The notes under the pieces were generated by a model that was not told the origin of the DNA, made no database searches, and saw only the letters and a list, made by a program, of their open reading frames with translations. A DNA stretch of 64,000 nt from an uncultured Nitrospiraceae bacterium (lineage in GTDB: Bacteria > Nitrospirota > Thermodesulfovibrionia > Thermodesulfovibrionales > SM23-35). Positions 22,980 to 33,714 of this stretch are shown one piece after another. The stretch spans positions 1,510,199 through 1,574,198 of the forward strand of contig CAVSHB010000001.1 in assembly GCA_963727775.1 (NCBI GenBank). Direction: 5' to 3'. Position 1 is the stretch's first letter, and each line of letters opens with the position of its first letter. The position numbers and the translations under genes are program-made.

Positions 22980-25189
22980 TATCAGGACTGGACAGGGCTT
23001 GGCTATATTACGGAAAACCCATTGACTAGCGAAGCGGGGTACATGCTTTCCGGCATGATAGCGGGCGGCATGACGGCGAAGAACAAGCAATTGTGGATAA
23101 ATCAGGATTTGGCGAATACATTGAGCCTGCCGAATACAAAGCAAACAAATATGGATGTTAACGCAGTCGTAAGGGTTGTCAGATTGGACAAAGCAAATAC
23201 GGACTACCAGGCGGGTATAGTAGGCAAAGATCTTACAACTCCCTTTCAAGTAATTGCCCTGGACGCTAATGACAGTCCGGTTCAAGGTGTCAATATAACC
23301 TTTAAGGTACTTGCGGGTGGGGGGCAAGTAAAAGGTATAAAGCCGCTCACAGCAAAAGACACCCAGGTAACGGTAATCACCGGGGCAGACGGTATAGCCT
23401 GGGCGCTGCTTACTCTGGGGCAGAAGACGTCGGTCTCTCCGTACTACCGTCAGATGACCGATTCTAAAGGTGTAATATATTGGGAACTTGTAGGTCAGAA
23501 TTTTGTTTCGGTATATGCAACAACATAAAAGAATACTATCTCTACCGACAAACCTTTTGAGGCCTATGGAAGCCCGGGAGAGGCAACAACCATTGTCAAA
23601 GTGAACGGAGACTCAATTTCCGGGTATCCCAATGTTTTCTCGGGAACATTGTGGGTGAAGATAACCGACCAATATGAAAATCCGATCTCAAACAAGAAAG
23701 TCTATTTCACTATATTGCCCCAGACCTTTTTATCGGTGCCCCCAGTCGGCGAAACAAGAAATGCAAAGATATTCAAGGCGTTGAACGACTGCCCGATGAT
23801 AGCCACACTTGATTGTCCTAATGCTTTACCCAATGACACAGACCCGCGTAATCCTATAGAAACCACTACGACTTATTATGGAGTTATGACCTACGCAATT
23901 CTTGGAAATACAACCGACACCAAATATGCGTTTAAAGTGAGTGCAAAGAAAGACTTCTTCAACGATAAAGGTGAAAGGGTAGATACTACTGCCGATATAA
24001 CCGATGTAAAACTTGCTTCCGGATCTGCTTCTCCTGCCGAATTCGACCATTATATAGGGCATGCAGACGTCACTGATTTCCTTAAGCTTTTTTACGTATC
24101 CCGTATTAACGAACAAGGACAAATAATTGACGCGGGCGGAACAGAACAATTCTTTCCGTTTACGGTAGAGATGTGGTATATGAAGGAAAGAGAAAACACC
24201 ACTATATTCGATTCTACCCCTGTATATGACGGTACAGCAAAATTTTATGTATACCAAGACCAGGGAACCGGTACCTTTTGGCAACAATCTGTAACTAACC
24301 TTGGATGGAAGAAGAACAACAAATATATGACTTCTTACAAACTCGGAACGGAACCGGAACAGAACATTTTATATGCAACCGGGAATGCAACGATAGATGG
24401 GAAAGACCTGTATGCCAGGAGCGATAATGTTCCTATATGGACGGTAACGGCCACTGCAGACAATGCCGCTGTAATAATAAACAGTGACGGTTATCCATCC
24501 CTTGACACGGTAATAGGATATACAATAATGCCAGACGAATATAACCCTGCAACAATTGAAGTCTTCTTTTACGAAAATAACCAATATATGGGGTTAATAC
24601 CTGGAAACAGGGACGAGGTGATAGTGAGTCAGGGCTTTGCAAAAAATCGACCCTGCAAAATCATATTCCTTTGAGGTAGTGCTAAACAGAGGTACCGACA
24701 TGGAGATACGGAGTCATAGAGTGCCTATGATTGCAAGTAATTCAAGAGTAAAGCTTTGTAGGAGGGATTTAATAGGTGTTCCATATTGGCTTGTCGAGAG
24801 GTTTATTTCACAGGAGGATTATAATCAGCTTTACCATAATTTTGTTTGGATTGATGGGCATACATTTGGGTTCACCACGGGGGATAAAACGTATACTGAA
24901 AGGTGCATAGTTGAAGGTCCCGGTAAGGTTGAGGAAGATTTAACGGAGGATATTTGGGCAGCAGCTTCCGGTTCCATGCATGGAAGTTGTCAGGATATTT
25001 CATGCAATAATCCTGCCCGGCTTTTAGAAGAAGCTATAGGACAGGCTAATTTTACACGGTATTATTATTGTTTATCATACGACCCTCTCAATAACGAAAG
25101 CGGCGGGATAAATTGCCAGGAGTGGGCGACTATGATGCTTAGAACATATTGCTATTGAAAGGAATCGACAAAAGGAGTCATGGAAACTA

Positions 25190-25787
25190 ATGGGTAAAAT
25201 TTTTATTGGCTTATTAATCGTTATATGCATATTGTCCTTTGCTTTATTTTTACATTTCAATGAAATGCTGGACATCTAAAAAAAAAATAGTTTTGAAAGA
25301 AGGCGTTTTCAAGGTGATTAATGAGAAAAATGAGTTTGAGTTTGATAAGCTGAAAAACAAACCTTTTGATGTAATCGTGAGATTTTATAAGCAAGAAGGC
25401 ATTAATTACGTAGGTTTATTTTCAGGTAAAGTTGATTATGCTATTCAGACAGAATTAAAGAACCATAAAAATAGAGTTATTAAGCGGAATACTATAGAGC
25501 CTGGTAATTTTATGCCAAAAGGTTTTACAAATGAATATTTTGAATGGACATTGATGCGATTCGATGCAAATCAGTGGGAGAAATACAAAGTCAAGATTAT
25601 TTTCGATAGCGGGTTTAATGATTTTGATACTATGAAAAAAGAAATCTACCTGGAGCAACATTATGACCGCCCCTCTGCTGTATGGTGGTTCGCACTTCGT
25701 CCCTTCTTCTTAATAATCTTTATTATTACATTTATCCCAATATTGATAATGGGCTTGATCTCTTGGCGACGGAAAAAAGAAAAATGA
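25190..25787 (+). pseudogene. Membrane-anchored immunity-like protein, frameshifted at an A10 run
   Basis: MGKIFIGLLIVICILSFALFLH.. stops at the A10 tract 25278-25287 and continues in another frame to a C-terminal TM helix; directly after the toxin-like domain. Confidence 0.55.
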
Positions 25788-26003
25788 TGAAGAAATTAGG
25801 GAAATATTTATGTGTTGCTTAGTGGTTTTTTATTGCTACCACTATAGGTCCAAATTGTAGATGGCAGGAGATAGGTAATAAAGTGTCTTGGAGTAATGGA
25901 AAGATATTGCCATTTGAAAGTGTAGACTTTCAAATGTATCACAACATGGTAATAAAGTTGTTGTTATTGGGTATAAAAATATAAATATCTATCCTGGTTC
26001 ACT

Positions 26004-26363
26004 ATGCAGAAAGCCACAATGATGAGACTTGCGATAGTGATAGGTATAGTCTTTATAACTTTAACCGCATTTGCGGAAACTCCTGCTGAAATCAAGATTC
26101 TTAAAATCTCTCCTCAAGACGAAAGTGCGGTTGTTCAAACGCCGCAGGGGAAGACGCAGGTTATCAAGGTTGGAGACCCGATAGGAGACTATGGCAAAGT
26201 GATCGAGATAGTAGAGGGAAGACTTGTGATTGAGAAAAAGTCTCAAGGAAACGTTGAAACGATAATCATCAGGGTCGAAGATGGAGAGCAAAGGATTGAA
26301 AGGATCAGCAGGATGCCGGATAAACCGCCGATGCTTATTCCGAAGCTTGGGACTGACCGCTGA
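26004..26363 (+). CDS. Secreted hypothetical protein (PilP/GspC-HR-like)
   Basis: Signal peptide ending AFA; AVVQTPQGKTQVIKVGD.IG..GKVIEI pattern. Confidence 0.6.
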   Translation: MQKATMMRLAIVIGIVFITLTAFAETPAEIKILKISPQDESAVVQTPQGKTQVIKVGDPIGDYGKVIEIVEGRLVIEKKSQGNVETIIIRVEDGEQRIERISRMPDKPPMLIPKLGTDR

Positions 26364-26380
26364 TGAATAGATAATTGCAG

Positions 26381-26533
26381 GGGGATAATAAAAGGTGTAA
26401 AGCCGCTCACAGCAGACACGCAGGTAACAGTAACTACCGGGTCAGACGGCATAGTGCGTTAGGACAGACGACCACCACATACAACTATGACGCTGTCGGC
26501 AATCTCAAATCCGTTATCCTACCAAATGGTACA
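26381..26533 (+). pseudogene. Remnant: diverged copy of the Ig-like segment fused to a YD/RHS repeat
   Basis: 26381-26454 resembles 23321-23397; followed by TTYNYDAVGNLKSVILPNG. Confidence 0.65.
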
Positions 26534-26587
26534 GAGAGGTTGATGGAAATGGTAAATAATACGATTATTGGTGGCAATCTTGGCAAG

Positions 26588-27322
26588 TCAGGCAGAAAGA
26601 ATTTCGAGTGAAATCAATTCAAGTGTTTTTATAGGGTCCGGCTGCTGAAGGATCGCCCTTCCCATAACAATATAATCGGCCCCTCCCCTGAAAGCTTCCT
26701 TTGGGGTCATAGTACGCTTCTGATCATCGGGTGGAGTCCATGAGGGTCTGATGCCGGGGGTCACTATAAGAAATCCCTTTCCGCAGTGGTTCCTGATTAT
26801 TTCCACTTCCTTTGCGGATGCAACTACGCCGTCGAGGCCGGCTTTCAGGGCAAGCGCGGATAAATGTCTTACATGTGTCCTCAATCCATACTGGATACCG
26901 AGTTCGTCCCTGAGAACATCTCTTGAGAGACTTGTGAGAACGGTCACGCCGAGAATTTTGGGTCTTTTCAAATTCTCTTTAAGGCATAAATCCACAACAC
27001 TGTCCCTGCATTTTTTCATCATCTCAAGCCCCCCCGATGCATGAACATTGAACATATGCACTCCGAGTCTTGTTGCAGCAAGAGCTGCCTTTGAGACAGT
27101 ATTGGGAATATCATGAAATTTCAGGTCAAGGAAAACCTTCTTACCTTTTTTATTTATGTCTTCGACTATCCTGGGACCGCAGGAGGAAAACAGTTCAAGC
27201 CCAACTTTAAATATTCCGATGTAATCCTTGAATTTATCTACAATTTCTAAGGCATAATCATGTTCCGACACATCAAGTGCAAGAATTAATTTATCGATAA
27301 CTGAAATGCGTTCCTGATTCAT
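26588..27322 (-). CDS. pyrF: Orotidine-5'-phosphate decarboxylase
   Basis: [29 protein letters not shown]. Confidence 0.97.
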   Translation of the reverse strand: MNQERISVIDKLILALDVSEHDYALEIVDKFKDYIGIFKVGLELFSSCGPRIVEDINKKGKKVFLDLKFHDIPNTVSKAALAATRLGVHMFNVHASGGLEMMKKCRDSVVDLCLKENLKRPKILGVTVLTSLSRDVLRDELGIQYGLRTHVRHLSALALKAGLDGVVASAKEVEIIRNHCGKGFLIVTPGIRPSWTPPDDQKRTMTPKEAFRGGADYIVMGRAILQQPDPIKTLELISLEILSA

Positions 27323-27870
27323 TTTATTTTTGCCAGTGTAATACCTTTCTGCGCCTGATATTTCCCTGCCTTATCGGCATAGGATCTTTCGCATACCTCC
27401 GACCCACCGATAAAAAGTAATTGCGCTATGCCTTCATTCGCATAGATTTTTGCCGGCAGAGGCGCCGTATTTGATATTTCCATGGTTACATACCCTTCCC
27501 ACTCAGGCTCCAAAGGTGTCACATTTATAACGATGCCGCACCTCGCATAGGTTGATTTTCCGAGACATATTACGAGGACTTCTCTCGGTATTCGAAAGTA
27601 TTCAACAGACCTGCCGAGCACAAAGGAATTCGGAGGCACAATGCAGACATCTCCCTTGAAGTCAATAAAATTGGGTGCGCTCAGGTTTTTAGGATCGACA
27701 AGGGTATTATTCGCAGTCGTGAAAATCTTGAACTCATCCGCCACTCTCATGTCATATCCGTATGAGCTTACCCCATAAGATATTACGCCTTTTTTCAAAT
27801 GGTCTTTAGGAAACGGCTCTATCATTCCCTTCCCCGCCATTTCCTTTATCCAACGGTCGCTCTTAATCAT
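27319..27870 (-). CDS. dcd: dCTP deaminase
   Basis: [32 protein letters not shown]. Confidence 0.96.
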   Translation of the reverse strand: MIKSDRWIKEMAGKGMIEPFPKDHLKKGVISYGVSSYGYDMRVADEFKIFTTANNTLVDPKNLSAPNFIDFKGDVCIVPPNSFVLGRSVEYFRIPREVLVICLGKSTYARCGIVINVTPLEPEWEGYVTMEISNTAPLPAKIYANEGIAQLLFIGGSEVCERSYADKAGKYQAQKGITLAKIK

Positions 27871-28000
27871 TTACGATACCTTTCTTTTTATAAAATAATG
27901 CGTAGAGGAGATTACCATAAAGGGATGAAAGATGACAAGAATCTATCTCAAGATAGGGAAAACAGAATTGAATCAAACTCTTTAAGAGAAAAGGCGTGGC

Positions 28001-28297
28001 TTAAGAAATGCCGACCTTTTTCCTGCGCCCTCTCTTTGCGGGCTTTGTTTCCGGCGGAGGTCCGAACTCATTTTCAGTCGCCTTTAAATATTCATCAAAT
28101 AGATTGAGGGTTTCCTTTGCAACATCCTCCTGGAGTTTCTGTATCGCAAAACCTGCGTGCACCAGCACATAATCTCCGACCTTGACTTCATCTTCTAACA
28201 GCATAGTGCTTATATCGCGCTGAGCGCCGTATACATCTATGGTCGCTCTTGCATTATCCCCAATCGTTATAATCTTAGACGGGATTCCGAGACACAT
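28001..28297 (-). CDS. hypC: Hydrogenase maturation chaperone HypC/HupF
   Basis: MCLGIP, VGDYVLVHAGFA. Confidence 0.92.
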   Translation of the reverse strand: MCLGIPSKIITIGDNARATIDVYGAQRDISTMLLEDEVKVGDYVLVHAGFAIQKLQEDVAKETLNLFDEYLKATENEFGPPPETKPAKRGRRKKVGIS

Positions 28298-28474
28298 GTT
28301 TGTTTTCCTCCAAATACTTAAGTTCTTATTTAATTATATCATTTACCTTCATATATTAATCAATAAAAAAAGTTTAATTAAATTACCAAATAAAATCTAT
28401 AGCTCAAGGCTTTTATATAGCTATTTTCTATTGGAATTATAGTGCAAATTTAAATTATATATTTATATAGATAT

Positions 28475-28984
28475 ATGGAAAAACATGTAATGATCGGCAA
28501 AATAGACAGAGACTATATAATAAAAAAATTTCGTTCTCCCTGGCCGGCTCTTATTATCAGACTCATATTAGGTTCCGTTTTCATTTATGCCGGTTTCGCT
28601 AAAATAATTGACCCGAAGGCATTTGCCAAGGTCATCTCTCATTATGACATAATCCCGGAAATCCTTTTGGCTCCTGTCGCTATTGGATTACCCGTTATTG
28701 AATTACTCGCGGGTCTCGGCCTTATGTTTAATGCCCGCGGAAGCCTGCCGGTTATCCTTGCCCTTCTTATTGCTTTTACCATTGTCCTGGGATATGGAAT
28801 TCATAATAATCTGCACATCGATTGCGGATGTTTTTCTCCGGAAGAGATAACGGACCAGAATAATCTCAAGTCGGCACTCTATCGTGATTTAGTCATGTTG
28901 TTAGGGGCTGCCTCCCTTTTCTTGTCGGGAAGGCTTTATTCATCAAAAAATAAGCAACGCACTATTTGTGCAAAACAAAATTAA
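28475..28984 (+). CDS. MauE/DoxX-family membrane protein
   Basis: RLILGSVFIYAG..K, IDCGCF. Confidence 0.85.
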   Translation: MEKHVMIGKIDRDYIIKKFRSPWPALIIRLILGSVFIYAGFAKIIDPKAFAKVISHYDIIPEILLAPVAIGLPVIELLAGLGLMFNARGSLPVILALLIAFTIVLGYGIHNNLHIDCGCFSPEEITDQNNLKSALYRDLVMLLGAASLFLSGRLYSSKNKQRTICAKQN

Positions 28985-29003
28985 CAAAAGGAGGATTTAG
29001 ACA

Positions 29004-29513
29004 ATGTTCAAGAAAAAATTTTTTATGTGGGTTTTGACTTTACTTTTTGTATTGGGATTGGCAGGCGTTAGCCTGGCTGCATGGGGCAGCAAAGAAATTG
29101 AAACCGAAAAGACGGCTGTGCATTTTGCAAGAGAGGTAATGAAAGGCGGGTACAAGATTCTCACTACTGAAGAACTCAAGGGATGGATTGATCAAAAGAA
29201 GGACATGCTTATAGTCGACACAATGCCTTATGAAGACAGTTATAAAAAGCAGCATATACCAGGCGCGGTACAATTCGAATTCGCAAAAGAAGAGGTCACC
29301 ACTCTTGACAATAAAACTAAGGCCGCTTTTGAGAAATTATTGGGGCCGAACAAAAACCGGTTAATTGTTTTTTACTGCGGCTTTACCAAATGCGGCCGCA
29401 GCCACAACGGCGCAATGTGGGCCGTTAAGCTCGGATACAAAAATGTATATCGCGATCCCGGCGGGATTATGGCATGGGCGGAAGCGGATTATCCTGTAGA
29501 GAAAGGCAAATAA
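29004..29513 (+). CDS. Exported rhodanese-domain protein
   Basis: Signal peptide, HIPGA, VFYCGFTKCGRS, GGIMAW; AAGGAGG RBS. Confidence 0.88.
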   Translation: MFKKKFFMWVLTLLFVLGLAGVSLAAWGSKEIETEKTAVHFAREVMKGGYKILTTEELKGWIDQKKDMLIVDTMPYEDSYKKQHIPGAVQFEFAKEEVTTLDNKTKAAFEKLLGPNKNRLIVFYCGFTKCGRSHNGAMWAVKLGYKNVYRDPGGIMAWAEADYPVEKGK

Positions 29514-29525
29514 GGAGGCTACTAA

Positions 29526-30809
29526 ATGACAAAAGACTACACGAGCATGTGGAGCAATCTCGGGCTTAATCTCGAGGCCCATAACGGATTATTGGCAGTG
29601 CTTACGGACGCTTATAAAAGCATATACCTGGCACAGAAAAATCGCCCCGAAGGAATGAAGTATTTTGATTTCGTTATTTCGGAGGTACATGGCCTGAGGA
29701 TTGAAGAAATAGCACAGGCCAGTGAATCCGGCAGGAAGGTAGTGGGTACATTCTGTGTATATGTCCCTGAAGAACTGATACTCGCTGTTGACGGGGTATG
29801 CATAGGTCTATGCGCCGGGGCTGATGTGGGTTCTTCCGAAGCGGAAAAATATGTTCCGAGAAATACCTGCGCGCTGATAAAGGCATTCATGGGATTCAAG
29901 CTTGCAGGACTCTGTCCCTACGTCCAGGTCACCGACCTGATCGTAGGAGAGACAACTTGTGACGGCAAGAAAAAAGCATATGAGACCTTTAATGAAATTA
30001 CGGGCGGGAAAGTGTATGTAATGGAGGTCCCGCACAAAAAAGGCGATGACGGGAAAAGACTCTGGAAAAATGAGGTAAAGCAGTTCGCAAAAAAACTGGA
30101 GGACCTCACCGGCAAAAAAATAGACCTCGAAAACCTAACAAAAGCCTCAAAGGTTGTGAATGAGAAAAGAAAAGCGCTTAAAAGGCTTTCTTTGTTGCGC
30201 TCGCATGACCCTTCCCCTGTCTCCGGGCTTGATGCATTGCTTGTAAACCAGGTCGCATTTTATGATGACCCATTGCGGTTTACCGCCCAGGTAAATGCTT
30301 TATGCGATGAACTCGATGAACGGGTAAAATCAGGACAAGGGGTAACTCCAAAAGGTACCAAAAGGATCCTCATTTCCGGTTCACCAATGGCAATCCCGAA
30401 CTGGAAGCTCCATGCTATTATCGAAGGCAGCGGCGCTGTTGTTGTCGGCGAAGAGTCCTGCGTAGGTGAAAGAAATTTCGCCACACTCCTGAATGATGAT
30501 TTTTCAACGGTCGAAGAAGCAATGCAAAAAATAGCCGAGCGTTATATGACGATAAATTGCGCCTGCTTTACCCCGAATGATGAGCGTCTTACGGACGTGA
30601 AAGACATTGCGGTAAGACAAAAGGCAGACGGGCTTATCCACTACGCCATTCAGTTCTGCACTCCTTATATGATGGAGGCGTATAAAGTCAAAAAGGTCGC
30701 AGATAACATGAAAATGCCTTTCCTTCGTATTGAAACGGACTACAGCATGGAAGATATGGGTCAGCTGAAAACGCGTATCGATGCTTTCCTTGAAATGATT
30801 AACAAGTAA
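29526..30809 (+). CDS. Double-cubane-cluster reductase (DCCP; 2-hydroxyacyl-CoA dehydratase superfamily)
   Basis: FCVYVPEE..GLC, CALIK, CPY, TTCDGKK, EESCVG, NCACF, FCTPY, ETDY. Confidence 0.85.
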   Translation: MTKDYTSMWSNLGLNLEAHNGLLAVLTDAYKSIYLAQKNRPEGMKYFDFVISEVHGLRIEEIAQASESGRKVVGTFCVYVPEELILAVDGVCIGLCAGADVGSSEAEKYVPRNTCALIKAFMGFKLAGLCPYVQVTDLIVGETTCDGKKKAYETFNEITGGKVYVMEVPHKKGDDGKRLWKNEVKQFAKKLEDLTGKKIDLENLTKASKVVNEKRKALKRLSLLRSHDPSPVSGLDALLVNQVAFYDDPLRFTAQVNALCDELDERVKSGQGVTPKGTKRILISGSPMAIPNWKLHAIIEGSGAVVVGEESCVGERNFATLLNDDFSTVEEAMQKIAERYMTINCACFTPNDERLTDVKDIAVRQKADGLIHYAIQFCTPYMMEAYKVKKVADNMKMPFLRIETDYSMEDMGQLKTRIDAFLEMINK

Positions 30810-30818
30810 GGGGGCATC

Positions 30819-31568
30819 TTGAAGTTTGGCGGCATTGACATTGGCTCGAGATATATCAAATATGTAGTTACAGTCGATAATCGTCCGGTCTCATTCTATA
30901 GGGAAGAGACCGGACATGACCCTCTGGATGTCTGTAAAAAGCTTGTTGAAAAAGATAAACCGGACAAGCTGTTGGCGACAGGCTACGGTAGATATTTGCT
31001 TGAGATATACGGAAGCGTGAAAGCCATAACAGAAATTAAAGCAGTTGCCAGAGGAGCAAGAGAAGTATTTCCTTCATGCAGGACAATTATCGATATAGGC
31101 GGGCAGGACACAAAAGCAATATCTCTTAATGAAAACGGCCTGGTCACAAATTTTGAGATGAATGACAGGTGCGCCGCTGGTACGGGGAAATTTATCGAGG
31201 TCATGGCAAAAACGCTCGGTTTTGATATCGATAATTTCGGACATTGTCACAATGGAAACCAGGCCAAGATTAAGATAAACAGCATGTGCACTGTTTTTGC
31301 AGAATCGGAAGTTATCAGTTTAATAGCAAAAGGGATACAAAGGGAATTCATATCGTCCGCTATACATAATTCTATCGCAAGCAGAGTTATCGCATTAACA
31401 AAAAGAGTCGGGGTAGAAGAGGACATTGTCTTTGCCGGAGGGTGCGCAAAGAACCCGTACCTTAAAGCACTCCTTGAAGAAGGCACCCAAAAAAAAATCC
31501 ATGTTTATGATCTACCGGAAATGCTTGCCGCGCTTGGTGCAGCACTCTATGCAAGTGAAGAAGTATAA
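30819..31568 (+). CDS. ASKHA-type [4Fe-4S] ATPase activator (DCCP-R / HgdC-like)
   Basis: GIDIGS, DIGGQD, MNDRCAAGTG, SMCTVFAESE. Confidence 0.9.
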   Translation: MKFGGIDIGSRYIKYVVTVDNRPVSFYREETGHDPLDVCKKLVEKDKPDKLLATGYGRYLLEIYGSVKAITEIKAVARGAREVFPSCRTIIDIGGQDTKAISLNENGLVTNFEMNDRCAAGTGKFIEVMAKTLGFDIDNFGHCHNGNQAKIKINSMCTVFAESEVISLIAKGIQREFISSAIHNSIASRVIALTKRVGVEEDIVFAGGCAKNPYLKALLEEGTQKKIHVYDLPEMLAALGAALYASEEV

Positions 31569-31648
31569 ATATGTTTAACGCAAAACACTGTAGTAGTGGT
31601 CCACAGAAACTATTAATGGTAAGAGCGAGATGTTACTTTTTTCTATGC

Positions 31649-33136
31649 TTACTCTTTACTCCCTTTCTTCTTCTGTTTCTGCAAATACATGTTTTGATCA
31701 GCCTCTGACAGCATTGAATCAAGGGAAAACGGCTTTTCGGGATCGGCGAAGGCAATCCCGTTACTTAAGGAAAGTTTATAGGGTTTTGTAGAATATGCGG
31801 TATACTCTCCTATACGTTCTTTAAGTTTTTCATTAATTCGGGAAGTGACGATATTCAGATCCTTATCTTCTATCACCATTCCAAAAACAGCAAATTCATC
31901 ACCACCAATACGTGCAATAATATCTGTCTCTCGGAAAGTATTTCTTAAAATATTTGCGGTATCTATTAAAGCGTTATCACCTTCATGATGACCATAAAGG
32001 TCATTTATCTGTTTCATGCCATCCAGATCTATAAAAACCAACATCAAGATTTTTTGAAGACGTTTTGCTATTGAGTACTGCTGTGTTACCATAGATAAAA
32101 TGCCTCGTCGATTGTAAAGGCCTGTGAGTTCGTCCTTTATTGACAATGATTGGAGTTCTGCAACAAGCCTCTCTCGCTCCTGTTCTGAACGCTTTTGTTT
32201 CAATATCCCCCACGTGCTGTTCATGAGCAGAGTAATCTGGCGGGCATCAGAGTCATCGTATGTTTCTTCTTTATTGCCGACGCCTGCAACTCCTACGATA
32301 CGATCTCCATCAATAATAGGGATCCCCAGGTGACGCATTAAATGGAAATGTCCTTCCGGATAGCTCTTTTTATTCGATAAGGATTGATAATCATTATGTA
32401 TTACTGCTCCCCTTAGGCGAATACTATCCGCCCATACGCCGGCAGCTTCAAGTGGATAATGATGATCTTGCTCGGCTGTACATGTTTTCAATACATCTTT
32501 CGACCAGGAATAAAGTTGTATGGTCTGCTCATCTTCATTAAAAAAATGCAGATATCCGCCTTTACTTTTAGTCAGCCTCACCGCTTCTTCAAGTGCTAAA
32601 TCCGTGATCTCTTTTTCAGATTTTAGATCTATCCGGGTAAGGAGTAGTAATGCTTCGAGGCGCTCTTCATCCAGCTTCAGAGATTCCGCCATGCGCTTAC
32701 GCTCTGTGATGTCAATAAATGTTACAACCGCTCCAACAATGTTCCCATCTTCTATAATAGGGGTACTGGTATACGCAACTGGGAAACAAGTACCATCCTT
32801 TCTCCAAAAAACTTCGTCATCTCTATGATGGACCTTCCCATCTTTATATGAAGCGTAGATAGGGCACTCTTCTACAGGATACGAACTTCCATCCCATTTC
32901 TTGTAGTGACACAGTGTATGACTATGTCTGCCTATTAGTTCATTAACGGTATACCCGAGCATTTGAGCTGCAGCTGGATTAACGAATGTGTGTTTCCCCT
33001 GAATATCCAAACCAAAAATGCCTTCCCCTGCTGCATTTAGAACAAGTTCATATTGATGATAAAACCTTTCAACCGACTCCTCTGCCTGCTTTCGCTCGGT
33101 GATGCGTCCTATGCGGAGTTCTTTGTCCATAACCAC
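31649..33136 (-). CDS. PAS-GAF-GGDEF diguanylate cyclase
   Basis: PAS/PAC (FWRKDG), GAF, RIGGDEF. Confidence 0.9.
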   Translation of the reverse strand: MVMDKELRIGRITERKQAEESVERFYHQYELVLNAAGEGIFGLDIQGKHTFVNPAAAQMLGYTVNELIGRHSHTLCHYKKWDGSSYPVEECPIYASYKDGKVHHRDDEVFWRKDGTCFPVAYTSTPIIEDGNIVGAVVTFIDITERKRMAESLKLDEERLEALLLLTRIDLKSEKEITDLALEEAVRLTKSKGGYLHFFNEDEQTIQLYSWSKDVLKTCTAEQDHHYPLEAAGVWADSIRLRGAVIHNDYQSLSNKKSYPEGHFHLMRHLGIPIIDGDRIVGVAGVGNKEETYDDSDARQITLLMNSTWGILKQKRSEQERERLVAELQSLSIKDELTGLYNRRGILSMVTQQYSIAKRLQKILMLVFIDLDGMKQINDLYGHHEGDNALIDTANILRNTFRETDIIARIGGDEFAVFGMVIEDKDLNIVTSRINEKLKERIGEYTAYSTKPYKLSLSNGIAFADPEKPFSLDSMLSEADQNMYLQKQKKKGSKE

Positions 33137-33155
33137 TTTTTCCCTTAATTGTACT

Positions 33156-33626
33156 TTAAACTCTCAGGGTGGCGATAAGCCTTTTCGGTGAAATAAGCAA
33201 ATTGATTGCATCAATCGGAGAAGTAACAAGGATCTGCGCGGCTTCAATAGCCCCTTTTGAACACCCCTCTTTGAGACATACAGCGATACCAATCTTCGCC
33301 GCTTTAAGCATCAGTACATCATTATTCCCGTTACCGAGAGCAACCACTCTGTCAGCGCCAAGATTGATTACGTATTTTTCTTTTTGAACTATATGCCCCT
33401 CGCCTTCCAACACATGCACCGTGCAATTTACCCCTTCAAGCTCTCTCATAGCACGGCCAAAGGTATCAGAGGTCAGCACATGGATCTTTAATTTTTCAGA
33501 CAACTCATTGAGCATTTCCTTTAAGCCTGACAGCATAAGGCCGTCTTCGGAGAGGGTCCCTGAAAAATCAGTAACAAAATGCTCAATGTGAAGAACGCCT
33601 GAGGCAGGTATTTCAATTTTAATCAT
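33156..33626 (-). CDS. HAD-family hydrolase (soluble P-type-ATPase-like)
   Basis: DFSGT, TSDT, GNGNND. Confidence 0.8.
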   Translation of the reverse strand: MIKIEIPASGVLHIEHFVTDFSGTLSEDGLMLSGLKEMLNELSEKLKIHVLTSDTFGRAMRELEGVNCTVHVLEGEGHIVQKEKYVINLGADRVVALGNGNNDVLMLKAAKIGIAVCLKEGCSKGAIEAAQILVTSPIDAINLLISPKRLIATLRV

Positions 33627-33714
33627 GACAATGGTCCAAGTTGCATTTTTTAGAATTATAGCAGCAACCGGTTTATAAAAGTAAGATGCTTATGCCGTTG
33701 TAATCGGACACGCA

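Larger units (their letters stand above)
17737..25158 (+). pseudogene. Large secreted transglutaminase-like / Ig-like protein with C-terminal toxin-like domain, fragmented
   Basis: Fragments 17737-19627, 22415-22827, 22980-24640 (in-frame TAA 23526-23528) and 24641-25158 (+1 A) rejoin into one frame; GNDCDQA, HIWVE and WLGLD transglutaminase-like motifs; Big-1-like PVQGVNITF...TGADG. Confidence 0.8.

Noticed and set aside
23526..23528. In-frame TAA as programmed recoding
   Set aside because: The gene carries several other inactivating lesions
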